Source of the DNA: an uncultured Pseudomonadota bacterium
Lineage (GTDB): Bacteria > Pseudomonadota > Alphaproteobacteria > Rs-D84
Direction of reading: 5' to 3'
Assembly: GCA_902793005.1 (NCBI GenBank)
Contig: CADBBQ010000002.1
Span: 131,243-195,242, forward strand
DNA: 64,000 bases
A model generated the notes under the pieces. That model was not told where the DNA came from and ran no database searches. It saw only the letters and a list, made by a program, of their open reading frames with translations. The translations under genes and the position numbers were made by a program. Shown here piece by piece: positions 50,112 to 59,385 of the stretch (its first letter is position 1; each line of letters begins with the position of its first letter).

Positions 50112-51728
50112 ATGTTCGAGATAGGAAAGGATGTTTACAGGTTTGGTTCTCGCGTTGCAAAGCATCGTGATACGGAACGCGTCAGATTGCGGACGGTGCA
50201 TTTTTGGATTTGTGTTTTGTTTGCGGTGTTTTTTGCAAAAACATTATATTATGGATGTATTGGAACCGGTAAAAATGGCAAGGCAAATTTGGGAACCGAT
50301 TGGACAATTACTCGCGCCGATATCGAGGATAGAAATGGTGTGAAATTGGCGAAAAATGTTGTGTCGGGCCATATTATGGTTCGTCCCGGTGCCGTCAAAG
50401 ATATGGATGCGGTTGCACAAAAAATTCACGAGGTTTTTCCGTATAAATATTCGGTCGCGGCCGCGTACGATATTTTAAAAACTAAAAAATTTATGTATTT
50501 AAAACAATATGCGACGGATGCCGAACGTCAACAAATCAAAGATGCTAAATTGGCAGGCCTGGAGGTCGAGGTTAAACAAATGCGTCGTTATCCGAAACAC
50601 AACCTGTTTGCACACGTCGTTGGGTTTGTTGGCAAAGAAGGCACAGGTTTGGAAGGCGCCGAACGTATATTCGATTCTTATTTGCGTGAAAATAATGACC
50701 CGTTGCGGTTGTCGTTGGATGCACGAATCCAAGAACAATTCCATACCCGTTTATCCGAGGCTGTGCAGAAATACCGTGCCAAAGGTGCAATGGGATTATT
50801 GATGAATTCGCGGACGGGTGAAATGTTGGCAATGGTGTCTTTGCCGGATTTTGACCCGGAACACGTGTCGTCGTATCCGATTGAAAATCGTCGTTTCAAA
50901 CCGATGCGTGATGTGCTGGAAATGGGGTCTGTGTTTAAAATATTTAATACGGCAATTGCATATGAAAATGGTATTGGCGGTAAATATTATGTTGCAAAAC
51001 CTTATGTGTTGCGGACAAAAAGTGGTCGGTATGTGACAACATTTCACGATGTTGCAAAATTTAAACAAGATTGGATGGATGTTGATGATATTATGGTGCA
51101 TTCTTGCAATGTGGGCAGTGTGCAAATTGCTTTGCAATTCCCGGATGGTGCACAAAATGAATTTTTGCACAGATTGCGTATGGATGAAAAATTGGATTTA
51201 GATTTCGGTAAAACGGAAAATCCAATATTACCAAAAAAATGGCGAATTACTGATGTGGCAACCGTGTCGTTTGGACATTCGGTGGCGGTGACGCCTATGC
51301 ATTTATTGTTGGGGGTAAATGCGGTGACAAATGGTGGAATTTATATGTATCCAACAATTCAACGGCGTGATGTTGGACGTGTCAAAGGTGTGCGGGTGTT
51401 AAGTGATGAAATATCGGCACGGTTGCGTCATAATATGGTGCGTGTTGTCGAGGAAACCAGTGGAAAACTAACCCGTATCAATGGAATTAATATCGGTGGA
51501 AAGACGGGGACGGCGGAAAAACGTGTTAATGGTGCGATTGATAAACATCGTAATATGACCACTTTTGTAGGAATATTCCCCGCCGAGGCCCCACAATACA
51601 TAATTATGGTTGTGTTGGATGAACCCCAAGGTTTGGCGGAAACCGGGGGGTGGCGGACGGCGTCGCAAAATTCTGTGCCGACGGCCGGAAAAATATTGGA
51701 TGGAATACTTCCGTTGCTATTTGAATAA
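50112..51728 (+). CDS. ftsI: peptidoglycan D,D-transpeptidase FtsI (PBP3 class)
   Basis: SxxK (GSVFKIF), SxN (HSCNVG) and KTG (GKTGTA) motifs, plus an N-terminal TM anchor. Confidence 0.9.
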   Translation: MFEIGKDVYRFGSRVAKHRDTERVRLRTVHFWICVLFAVFFAKTLYYGCIGTGKNGKANLGTDWTITRADIEDRNGVKLAKNVVSGHIMVRPGAVKDMDAVAQKIHEVFPYKYSVAAAYDILKTKKFMYLKQYATDAERQQIKDAKLAGLEVEVKQMRRYPKHNLFAHVVGFVGKEGTGLEGAERIFDSYLRENNDPLRLSLDARIQEQFHTRLSEAVQKYRAKGAMGLLMNSRTGEMLAMVSLPDFDPEHVSSYPIENRRFKPMRDVLEMGSVFKIFNTAIAYENGIGGKYYVAKPYVLRTKSGRYVTTFHDVAKFKQDWMDVDDIMVHSCNVGSVQIALQFPDGAQNEFLHRLRMDEKLDLDFGKTENPILPKKWRITDVATVSFGHSVAVTPMHLLLGVNAVTNGGIYMYPTIQRRDVGRVKGVRVLSDEISARLRHNMVRVVEETSGKLTRINGINIGGKTGTAEKRVNGAIDKHRNMTTFVGIFPAEAPQYIIMVVLDEPQGLAETGGWRTASQNSVPTAGKILDGILPLLFE

Positions 51729-51769
51729 TTTTCAGTTATAATATACTCGATAAGAAAAAAGAGTAGAAA

Positions 51770-53536
51770 TTGAAAAAGTTAGTTGATAAATCCATGCTGG
51801 GTCAGGCATGGGTGATGATGGATAGTATAGATTTTGGGGCAAACACGGATTTTGGCGAAGATTTGGTGCGTAATATCTTGGTTGCCCGTGGGGTGGTGGC
51901 GCGTTCGGATATTGAAAAATTTTTAAATCCGACTATTCGTGAATATATGCCGGACCCATTTGTTTTATGTGATATGGCGCGTGCTGCACATATTATTGCA
52001 GATGCAGTGATTGCGCGTAAAAAAATTGCAATATATGGCGATTATGATGTCGATGGTATTACATCGACGGCGATATTTGTAAAATATCTGCGTGCGATTG
52101 GTGTGGATACAATTTGGCACGTCCCAACGCGTGATGGCGAAGGGTATGGGTTAAATATTGCGGCCGTGGATGAAATTGCAACGGCGGGTGCAAATCTGTT
52201 GGTGACGGTTGATTGTGGTATCAGTTGCGTTCGCGAAATTGATTATGCAAATGAACGTGGAATGACGGTTGTTGTGACCGATCACCATTCGCCTGATGAA
52301 AAATTGCCAAATGCGGCGGCGGTGGTGAACCCTAAACGCGTGGATGATACATCGGGGTTGAATTATCTGGCGGGGGTTGGTGTTGCGTTTTTGACATTGG
52401 TTGCGTTAAATCGTGAACTGCGTAATCGTTTGGATGATGAACGCCAAGAATTATTTTCGAAAATAAATTTAATGGATTATATGGATTTGGTTGCGCTGGG
52501 GACGGTTTGCGACACAATGCCGTTGGTTGAATTAAATCGTGCGTTTGTTGCCACCGGGTTAAAGGTGTTGGATGGTCGTCGTAACCTGGGGGTGCGTGTG
52601 TTGATGGATGTTGCGGGGGTAAAACATGCATCGGTGTATGTTGCGGGGTTTGTATTGGGACCGCGGTTAAATGCGGCGGGACGATTGGATTCGGCAAAGC
52701 CTGCGTTGGAATTATTGTTGACCGACAACCCGTTGGTGGCACGTGCCTTGGCGGAAAAATTAGACCAAATGAACAAGGACAGAATTGATATTCAAAATGC
52801 AATTATGTTAAGTGCGACCGAGCAAGCCGAACAATGTTGTAAAAAAGGTAAATGCAGTTTATTTGTGTGTGGTGATAATTGGCACGGTGGGGTTATGGGA
52901 ATTATTGCCGGCCGATTAAAGGACAGATATAATCGTCCGTCTTGTGTTGCAACACGTGTTGATGGCGTTATCAATGGGTCAGGGCGTTCGGTTGCAAATG
53001 TTGATTTGGGACGCATTATTCACGAGGCTTTGGCGTGTGGTTTGGTGACCGAGGGTGGCGGACACGCGGCGGCTGCGGGATTTTCGTTAATGGCGGATAA
53101 AGAAAATGAGTTTTGTGAATTTTTGGAAAAGTCTGTGGCGCAACAATTGGGTGATAATCCGATTACGCCGGAAATTGTTGTTGATGCAGAATTGGATGCC
53201 AGTGGCGCAACAATGAATTTAATACAGCGGTTGTCTGTGTTGGCACCATTTGGCCAGGGTAATCCGGAACCGGAATTGGTATTAAATGGCGCCAGTTTGC
53301 AATACGCAACCGTTATGGGAAATGGCGCGCATTTGCGTGGCGCGGTGCGGACATCGTTGGGGACAACGGTGCAATTTGTTGGCTTTAATTTGGTCGGAAC
53401 ACCGGTTGGTGATTTTTTACTGGACGATGCGAATATAAACACTACAATATCAATGTTGGGTCGGTTAAAGGATAACGAATACAACGGACGGCATACGGCC
53501 CAGTTTATGCTTGAAGATATTGCGGTTGGTGTGTAA
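51770..53536 (+). CDS. recJ: single-stranded-DNA-specific exonuclease RecJ
   Basis: IAIYGDYDVDGITS, VTDHHSP and GGGHAAAAG (DHH/DHHA1). Confidence 0.95.
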   Translation: MKKLVDKSMLGQAWVMMDSIDFGANTDFGEDLVRNILVARGVVARSDIEKFLNPTIREYMPDPFVLCDMARAAHIIADAVIARKKIAIYGDYDVDGITSTAIFVKYLRAIGVDTIWHVPTRDGEGYGLNIAAVDEIATAGANLLVTVDCGISCVREIDYANERGMTVVVTDHHSPDEKLPNAAAVVNPKRVDDTSGLNYLAGVGVAFLTLVALNRELRNRLDDERQELFSKINLMDYMDLVALGTVCDTMPLVELNRAFVATGLKVLDGRRNLGVRVLMDVAGVKHASVYVAGFVLGPRLNAAGRLDSAKPALELLLTDNPLVARALAEKLDQMNKDRIDIQNAIMLSATEQAEQCCKKGKCSLFVCGDNWHGGVMGIIAGRLKDRYNRPSCVATRVDGVINGSGRSVANVDLGRIIHEALACGLVTEGGGHAAAAGFSLMADKENEFCEFLEKSVAQQLGDNPITPEIVVDAELDASGATMNLIQRLSVLAPFGQGNPEPELVLNGASLQYATVMGNGAHLRGAVRTSLGTTVQFVGFNLVGTPVGDFLLDDANINTTISMLGRLKDNEYNGRHTAQFMLEDIAVGV

Positions 53537-54486
53537 TGAAAAATGAAACAAAAATTTTGATAGATAAAATAAAATCTGCAAATACGATTTTGCTGTCTGC
53601 GCATAAAAATCCGGATGGTGATGCATTGAGTTCTATATTGGCAATGTATCAATTGATTTATTTGAATTATGGCAAAGAATGCGTGTGTATTTACGATGGT
53701 AATGTGCCCGAGGCTTTGCGTTATATCCCGTTGCGTGGGCGTGCCCATTATTATGAACAGGTTGATTTATCACAACCGTTTGATTTGGCAATATTGTTGG
53801 ATTATGGAACAACAAACAATATTGGTGGAACACGTCCGGCGTTGGATGCGGCAAAATTCTTGGTTGAAATCGATCATCACAGAAATGATAACAAAATTGG
53901 AAATCTGTGTATTGATGATGATACGGCATCTGCGACAACGTGTTTGTTGTATGATTTGATGATGGATGCCGGTTGGGAATTTGATGACAAGGTTTTAAAT
54001 TTACTGGCGTTTGGTATTTTGACCGATACGGGGAATTTCAAATATGCCAAAGATGGACGGTGTCTGCGTATTATGGGTGATTTGGTGGACCGTGGTATTG
54101 AAATAAACCGTTTGTTGGAATTGTTAAATAATAAACCACGTAAAACAATCCAGACCGAGGCTGGTGTTGTTGCGAATGCTGAATTTTTTTATAAAAATCG
54201 TTTGGCGATTGCGGTTGTTGATGCGGATGCGTATAAACATCTGGACGGTCGTGGTGAAACCGCGTTGTCTTTGTTGGGACAAATCAAGGGTGTTGAATTT
54301 ATTGCAATGTTAAAACATCAAAAGGAAAATCAAATTGGTGTGTCACTGCGCAGTAAATATATCCCAATAAATAAAATCGCGGAAAAATTGGGGGGCGGTG
54401 GTCATATGTGTGCGGCGGGTGCCGTTGTGTATGATACACTGGATAATGTCAAAGATAAAGTTATACAAATGTTCAAAGGGATGTGA
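53536..54486 (+). CDS. DHH/DHHA1 phosphoesterase (NrnA-like oligoribonuclease/pAp phosphatase)
   Basis: HKNPDGDALSS, EIDHHRN and GGGGHMCAAG. A TAATG overlap joins it to recJ. Confidence 0.8.
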   Translation: MKNETKILIDKIKSANTILLSAHKNPDGDALSSILAMYQLIYLNYGKECVCIYDGNVPEALRYIPLRGRAHYYEQVDLSQPFDLAILLDYGTTNNIGGTRPALDAAKFLVEIDHHRNDNKIGNLCIDDDTASATTCLLYDLMMDAGWEFDDKVLNLLAFGILTDTGNFKYAKDGRCLRIMGDLVDRGIEINRLLELLNNKPRKTIQTEAGVVANAEFFYKNRLAIAVVDADAYKHLDGRGETALSLLGQIKGVEFIAMLKHQKENQIGVSLRSKYIPINKIAEKLGGGGHMCAAGAVVYDTLDNVKDKVIQMFKGM

Positions 54487-54489
54487 GAG

Positions 54490-55104
54490 ATGAAAAAATT
54501 TTTTGTTTTTGTGTTGTGTTCTGTGTTTATGATGCCGGCGTTTGGTGCGGTTGATAAAAAGTATGTCGCGTCGGCGGAAAAATATTTGAATTCAATAACT
54601 GGGTTAACCGGGGATTTTATCCAAACATCTAATGGTAAAAGTGCGCGTGGATTGTTTTCTATGTTGCGTCCGGGACGTGTTCGCCTGGATTATACAAATT
54701 CAAAAATTCAGTTGATTTCGGATGGTTCGGATTTGTATTTCTTTGATAAATCGTTGGATCAAATTACAACCGTTCCGTTGTCCAGTACGCCGGCCGGAAT
54801 TTTGGTCCGCAAAAATATAGATTTGCAAAATTCTGATATTGTGGTGTCCGATACATTTGATGGGAAATCAACTTTTGCGTTGAATATGTATATGCGTGAT
54901 AATCGCGGATTGGGACATATGACGGTTGTGTTCGATAAATCGCCGGTAAAATTAAAATCGTGGACGGTTGTGGATGCCACCGGGGCCAGTACGGATGTTG
55001 TGTTTCGTAATTTAAAACCAAAAACAGATTTCGATAAAAATTATTTCCAGATTCAACGCCATAAAACGGTCAGTAATTCTGGTGGTGATTCTTTCTATGA
55101 TTAA
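54490..55104 (+). CDS. lolA: outer-membrane lipoprotein carrier LolA
   Basis: Signal peptide, LTGDFIQTS...LDY, about 200 aa, with the typical LolA N-terminal pattern. Confidence 0.75.
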   Translation: MKKFFVFVLCSVFMMPAFGAVDKKYVASAEKYLNSITGLTGDFIQTSNGKSARGLFSMLRPGRVRLDYTNSKIQLISDGSDLYFFDKSLDQITTVPLSSTPAGILVRKNIDLQNSDIVVSDTFDGKSTFALNMYMRDNRGLGHMTVVFDKSPVKLKSWTVVDATGASTDVVFRNLKPKTDFDKNYFQIQRHKTVSNSGGDSFYD

Positions 55105-55107
55105 AAA

Positions 55108-55389
55108 ATGTTTGGTATCAGTGGTCCGGAATTTTTAGTAATCTTGGTTGTCGCAATTTTGGTTGTGCCGGTTAAATATTGGCCGGATGTGGCACGGTTC
55201 TTGGCACGTGTGGTGAAATATGTGCGTGGGGTTTGGTGGAAAATTACGGATGCGTCTGAACAAATCACAAGTCAAATTGATTTAGAAAAACCGATTGATG
55301 AAATTATACATACGACAACGCGTGATGTGCTGGATGATTTTTCGGTGAAATTACCAAAACGGGCGGGGCGCAAAAAAGTTAAAAAATGA
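55108..55389 (+). CDS. tatB: twin-arginine translocase subunit TatB
   Basis: MFGISGPEFLVILVVAILVVPVKYWP. It lies upstream of tatC and overlaps it. Confidence 0.8.
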   Translation: MFGISGPEFLVILVVAILVVPVKYWPDVARFLARVVKYVRGVWWKITDASEQITSQIDLEKPIDEIIHTTTRDVLDDFSVKLPKRAGRKKVKK

Positions 55390-56096
55390 AAAGCAAACGT
55401 ATGACTTTGATGGAACATTTTTCGGAATTGCGTCGGCGGTTCTTGTGGTGTATTTGTATTTTTTTGTTGGCGTTTGTGTTCGGGTGGTATGTCGCGCCAA
55501 ATGTATTAGATTTTTTAAGTGCACCATTGTTAAAAATATGGGATGGCGATTTGTTATATACCGGTATTACCGATGGGTTGATGATAAATTTGTCGTTGGC
55601 GGGAACGGTCGCAATATTGATAAGTTTACCGATTGTGTTGTGGCACATTTGGGCATTTGTTAGCCCGGGATTAAAAACAAATGAAAAGAATTTTATTTGG
55701 CCGATGATGATTGCGTCGCCGATGTTGTTTTTAATTGGTGCGGCGTTTGCGTTTTATGTTTTGTTTCCTTTTGTGTTTGGTTTTTTTATTGAATTAAATC
55801 AAAATTCGCCGGTGCCAACTGTGTTTTTACCGGTGGTGCGTGATTATTTGACATTTGCGATTCGCTTGTTAAAGGTTTTTGGTGTCGCTTTTCAATTACC
55901 AATTGTGATGATTTTGTTAAACAGAATCGGTGTATTATCGCGCAGCAAAGTTGTTGCAATGCGTCGTTATGCCATTGTGTTTTTGGTTGTTGTGGCGGCG
56001 GTTTTAACGCCACCGGATGTTGTGTCGCAAATATTGTTGGCGGTGCCAATGTGGGCGTTGTTCGAGATTAGTATTTTGTTCATGCGTCGTGATTAA
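55386..56096 (+). CDS. tatC: twin-arginine translocase subunit TatC
   Basis: MTLMEHFSELRRRFLW..., six TM segments and PPDVVSQ. Confidence 0.95.
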   Translation: MKSKRMTLMEHFSELRRRFLWCICIFLLAFVFGWYVAPNVLDFLSAPLLKIWDGDLLYTGITDGLMINLSLAGTVAILISLPIVLWHIWAFVSPGLKTNEKNFIWPMMIASPMLFLIGAAFAFYVLFPFVFGFFIELNQNSPVPTVFLPVVRDYLTFAIRLLKVFGVAFQLPIVMILLNRIGVLSRSKVVAMRRYAIVFLVVVAAVLTPPDVVSQILLAVPMWALFEISILFMRRD

Positions 56097-56101
56097 AAAT
56101 A

Positions 56102-56110
56102 TGGTATAAT
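56102..56110 (+). promoter_or_regulatory. extended -10 promoter TGgTATAAT, likely leaderless transcript
   Basis: ATG 56118 is the 8th nt after the -10. There is no Shine-Dalgarno. Confidence 0.45.
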
Positions 56111-56117
56111 TTCGCAT

Positions 56118-57596
56118 ATGAAGAAATTTTTTTATGTTTTTTTATGTCTAGGATTTTTTTCTGCGTGTGATTTGCAGCCACGTATCGCATCTATACCTGA
56201 TGACGTTGGTGATTTTATATCGGCGCGGTATCCGACATTGTTGGCCGAACCCGACAGTGATATTTATAAAACAGCGGTTGCAGATTACGGCGTTTATGCG
56301 TCGGCGTCTGAATATGGAAATGGTGATATTAATGTTTTGTATTCTCCGGCGGACGATTATACTATGCCGGCCCAGGATACAGATGTTGATGAAAATGATG
56401 TGGGAATGCCGGATGACGATGCGGAGGTGGAAACACCGGCCCAATCGGTGGACGAGTATGGATTTGCACCGGATGCGGATGTTGATGATTTGGTGATACC
56501 TGATTATAAAACGGAGGATTTGGTGGTTGCACCGCGTAAACAGGAAAATGCAAAACCGTCCGTAAAACCAGAAAACAAACAAACAAAATCTGAACCGGTA
56601 AAATCGGTTGAAAAAGTTTCGCAACACAAAATAGATGCAAAAGTTCCGGAAAAATCCGAAACGGCGGTGCGCGCGCCGGTGCGTGAAATTACGGTTGCGA
56701 CGGGCGATACATTGTATTCTTTGTCGCGTAAATATTCGGTGCCGGTGAATGATTTGGCGGTTATGAATAAAATTAGTGCGCCATTTACTTTGTCGGTTGG
56801 ACAAAAATTAAGGGTGCCTGATGTTGCAAGTGTATCGAAATCTGGACGTGCGGCAACACCGACACAATCGGCCAAGACGGTTGAATCAAAAACATCGTCT
56901 AGAATGTCGGATGTAAAAACAGATGCGAAAAAATCTGCGACGGTGCAAAAAAATACGGCAACGAAATCGGATGTGAAAAAGGTGGATGCGAAAACAACCC
57001 AGGCAAAGAAAGCAACATCCGTCCATAAAGTTGAGTCAAAAAAGACAGATACTAAAAAGGTGGAAACTAAAAACGCAAAACAGGTAAATGCGAAAAAGGC
57101 GGAGACGAAAACCGCGGTCAAAACGGATGCGGCGAAAAAAACAAATACGGTAAACAAAGCCGCCACGGCGAAAAATACTGGGAACAAGGGCGGGGCGCAA
57201 AAAATGATGGCTCGTTCTGCGTCGCGGTTTTCTTGGCCGGTGCGTGGCAAGATTTTGTCGGGATATGGGGCGAAATCAAACGGGCTGTTTAACGATGGTA
57301 TAAATGTCAAGGCGGCGCGTGGCGCAACCGTTGCGGCGGCGGAAAATGGGTTGGTTGCCTATGCCGGAAACGAGGTCAAGGGGATGGGGAACCTGGTTAT
57401 TATACAGCATTCGGACGGTTGGATGACGGTTTATGCGCATATGGATTCGATGGTGGTGCGGCGCGGTTCAGCGGTGCGTGTCGGGCAAAAAATTGGCACC
57501 GTGGGACAAACAGGCAAGGTTGATGCACCACAATTGCACTTTGAAATTCGCAAGGGAACGCGCGCGTATAATCCGATAAATTATTTGAAAAAATAG
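56118..57596 (+). CDS. LysM + M23 peptidase lipoprotein (NlpD-like)
   Basis: Lipobox LGFFSAC and LysM ITVATGDTLYSLSRKYSVPVNDLAVMN. A Lys/Thr/Ala-rich linker follows. M23 core GNLVIIQHSDGWMTVYAHM...GQTGKVDAPQLHFEIR. Confidence 0.88.
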   Translation: MKKFFYVFLCLGFFSACDLQPRIASIPDDVGDFISARYPTLLAEPDSDIYKTAVADYGVYASASEYGNGDINVLYSPADDYTMPAQDTDVDENDVGMPDDDAEVETPAQSVDEYGFAPDADVDDLVIPDYKTEDLVVAPRKQENAKPSVKPENKQTKSEPVKSVEKVSQHKIDAKVPEKSETAVRAPVREITVATGDTLYSLSRKYSVPVNDLAVMNKISAPFTLSVGQKLRVPDVASVSKSGRAATPTQSAKTVESKTSSRMSDVKTDAKKSATVQKNTATKSDVKKVDAKTTQAKKATSVHKVESKKTDTKKVETKNAKQVNAKKAETKTAVKTDAAKKTNTVNKAATAKNTGNKGGAQKMMARSASRFSWPVRGKILSGYGAKSNGLFNDGINVKAARGATVAAAENGLVAYAGNEVKGMGNLVIIQHSDGWMTVYAHMDSMVVRRGSAVRVGQKIGTVGQTGKVDAPQLHFEIRKGTRAYNPINYLKK

Positions 57597-57614
57597 GGCG
57601 GACGTGATAAAAAC

Positions 57615-57642
57615 TTGATTTTGTCGGATTTTATAATATAAT
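57615..57642 (+). promoter_or_regulatory. candidate promoter of tRNA-Lys
   Basis: TTGATT (57615-57620), a 16-nt spacer, then TATAAT (57637-57642). Confidence 0.35.
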
Positions 57643-57662
57643 TCAGGTCACAGTTCGGTTTT

Positions 57663-57738
57663 GGATGCATAGCTCAGTTGGTAGAGCAACTGACTCTTAA
57701 TCAGTGGGTCCAGGGTTCGAGTCCCTGTGCGTCCACCA
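57663..57738 (+). tRNA. tRNA-Lys (anticodon CTT), CCA encoded
   Basis: Cloverleaf read by hand. Acceptor GGATGCA pairs with TGCGTCC. The D arm is GCTC-AGTTGGTA-GAGC. The anticodon stem ACTGA pairs with TCAGT around loop CTCTTAA. The T arm is CAGGG-TTCGAGT-CCCTG. 76 nt. Confidence 0.9.
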
Positions 57739-57751
57739 TCCGTCTTCGCTT
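57729..57751 (+). repeat. 23-bp direct repeat, copy 1 (last 10 nt of tRNA-Lys + 13 nt)
   Basis: GCGTCCACCATCCGTCTTCGCTT is identical to 58156-58178. Confidence 0.9.
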
Positions 57752-58167
57752 CGCTCCGTCGCGATTTTTATCGGACGGAGCGATGTGATTTTAATCACGC
57801 GAAACGGATGCCGCGACGGAGTGAATGTTAGTGAACGAAGACGGGCAAAAATGTTTTATGTATATATTTTACAAAGTATAGATTTCCCAGATAAGTTTTA
57901 TATTGGTTATACTGATGATTTAAAAAGACGTATAAAACAACATAATTACGAGCACTTTGGACATACGGACAAGTATAGACCTTGGCGCATAAAAGATTAT
58001 TTTGCGATAGATGATGAACAAAAAGCCAAAGATTTTGAAAAATATTTAAAATCACAATGTGGGCGAGAATTTATAAAAAAGCATTTTTAAAAAGACAAAA
58101 TCGTTACGGTTGCCCCGATTGCATCACAGAGTGATGCACAAAGGGAATCCCCAAAGCGTCCACCATC
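57741..58167 (+). mobile_element. candidate ~0.4-kb GIY-YIG mini-element inserted at the tRNA-Lys 3' end
   Basis: It is bounded by the 23-bp direct repeat. It carries only a structured 5' region and one GIY-YIG ORF, with no integrase or transposase. Confidence 0.4.
57851..58090 (+). CDS. GIY-YIG nuclease-domain protein (79 aa)
   Basis: MFYVYILQSIDFPDKFYIGYTDDLKRRIKQHN is the GIY-YIG signature. The longer ORF from 57704 begins inside the tRNA and is rejected. Confidence 0.8.
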   Translation: MFYVYILQSIDFPDKFYIGYTDDLKRRIKQHNYEHFGHTDKYRPWRIKDYFAIDDEQKAKDFEKYLKSQCGREFIKKHF

Positions 58168-58178
58168 CGTCTTCGCTT
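58156..58178 (+). repeat. 23-bp direct repeat, copy 2
   Basis: GCGTCCACCATCCGTCTTCGCTT. Confidence 0.9.
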
Positions 58179-58200
58179 TACGCTACAGCGAGATTGTTTT

Positions 58201-58228
58201 ACCCCCGCATTTTGCGGGGTGTTTTTTT
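58201..58228 (+). terminator. rho-independent terminator
   Basis: ACCCCCGC ATTTT GCGGGGT followed by T7. Confidence 0.8.
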
Positions 58229-58304
58229 GTGGATGGTGAGTGAAACGAACCAGACGGGGTAATTTGAAAAAATATAAATACCATTTTGTGATTGGGGGGA
58301 TTTG

Positions 58305-58313
58305 TGATATAAT
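58305..58313 (+). promoter_or_regulatory. extended -10 promoter TGaTATAAT
   Basis: It lies 30 nt upstream of ATG 58343, with a GAGAGGGG Shine-Dalgarno in between. Confidence 0.45.
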
Positions 58314-58342
58314 ATCTGTATTAAAATGTGAGAGGGGTTTAT

Positions 58343-59368
58343 ATGTTGAAAAAGATTTTTGCAGTATTTTTTGCCGGGATGTTTTTTGTCGCGGGGGCGG
58401 GTGCCGCCGTGGATCCGCGGACCGAGTGTTATGATACTAATGCCGGTTGGATTTATAATTTTGACACAGATGTTAAACCCGTAATTAAAGCAGATTATGC
58501 GATTTATTTTGATAATGATAAAAGTGATATTCCAGATGTGTGTGCAACAGAAGTTAAGACAAATGTTATTAATAAATTAAAGGCAGATGCAAAGGATATC
58601 GAAACGGTTTTATTAATTGGCTCGGCGGATTCGACAGGTAATTCACAACATAATGCGGAATTGGCACAAAACCGCGTGAATACGGTGAATAAATTGTTGC
58701 AAGATGCCAAGGTCCCGGTGTGTGAATATGGATATGATGATTGGGGGGATACAAGGACTACCAAGCGTTGTGCGCATATATCTATGGGTGAATCGTTTCA
58801 TTCGGCAGCGGGTGTTGATAATGATTCAAAATATTTTGGTCGTGCGGTGTTTATGTTTGTGATTTATAAAGGGGACATTTGTGACGAGGCAACGATAAAA
58901 GCTTTGGATGCATTGATTAAAGTTGTGCCAGATGACGGTTCTTTGGAACAAGCACAAGAAATTTGTAATTCGAATAAAAAAGACAAAATGTTATTTCGTT
59001 CACAGCGTCAGCAAATTATGGCGGCAATGGCCGATGCAATTGCAAATTATCCAGAGAAAACTAAAACGGTTGTTGAAAAATTGCCGGCGGATTTATCGGC
59101 AGAGATTTTAGCCGACAGCATAATTGCGGTGCGCGATTCTTTGGTGGCGGGTAAGTCCGTTTGGAAAACCAAGACAGGTGATTTTAACTATGCACGATTG
59201 GCGTCGGATTCTATTGCGGGTGTGGTGTTGGGAACCGCCGGTGGAATTATTACATCAAATGTCGTCAAGAAAAATCAAATCAAGACAGGTTTCGAAGATG
59301 TTATGTGCACGGTTGGCGGGCAAAATGTCGCAAACTGGGGTGATGAATTCCGTGTTGGTGTTAAATAA
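58343..59368 (+). CDS. secreted OmpA_C-like domain protein with conserved C-terminal Gly-zipper anchor domain
   Basis: Signal peptide MLKKIFAVFFAGMFFVAGAGA. The OmpA-like part is IYFDNDKSDI...LLIGSADSTGNSQHNAELAQNRVNTVNKLL. The C-terminal 70 aa are paralogous to 42040-43308. Confidence 0.7.
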   Translation: MLKKIFAVFFAGMFFVAGAGAAVDPRTECYDTNAGWIYNFDTDVKPVIKADYAIYFDNDKSDIPDVCATEVKTNVINKLKADAKDIETVLLIGSADSTGNSQHNAELAQNRVNTVNKLLQDAKVPVCEYGYDDWGDTRTTKRCAHISMGESFHSAAGVDNDSKYFGRAVFMFVIYKGDICDEATIKALDALIKVVPDDGSLEQAQEICNSNKKDKMLFRSQRQQIMAAMADAIANYPEKTKTVVEKLPADLSAEILADSIIAVRDSLVAGKSVWKTKTGDFNYARLASDSIAGVVLGTAGGIITSNVVKKNQIKTGFEDVMCTVGGQNVANWGDEFRVGVK

Positions 59369-59385
59369 TTATGGGGGCAGTGCAG

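Noticed and set aside
57704-57850. N-terminal extension of the GIY-YIG ORF (128-aa version)
   Set aside because: The extension starts inside tRNA-Lys and runs through the structured hairpin region. The GIY-YIG signature begins exactly at the internal Met (57851).
57663-58178. Group I intron with a GIY-YIG homing endonuclease in the tRNA gene
   Set aside because: The tRNA-Lys cloverleaf is uninterrupted and complete, including CCA. The GIY-YIG ORF lies downstream of the tRNA rather than in the anticodon loop.
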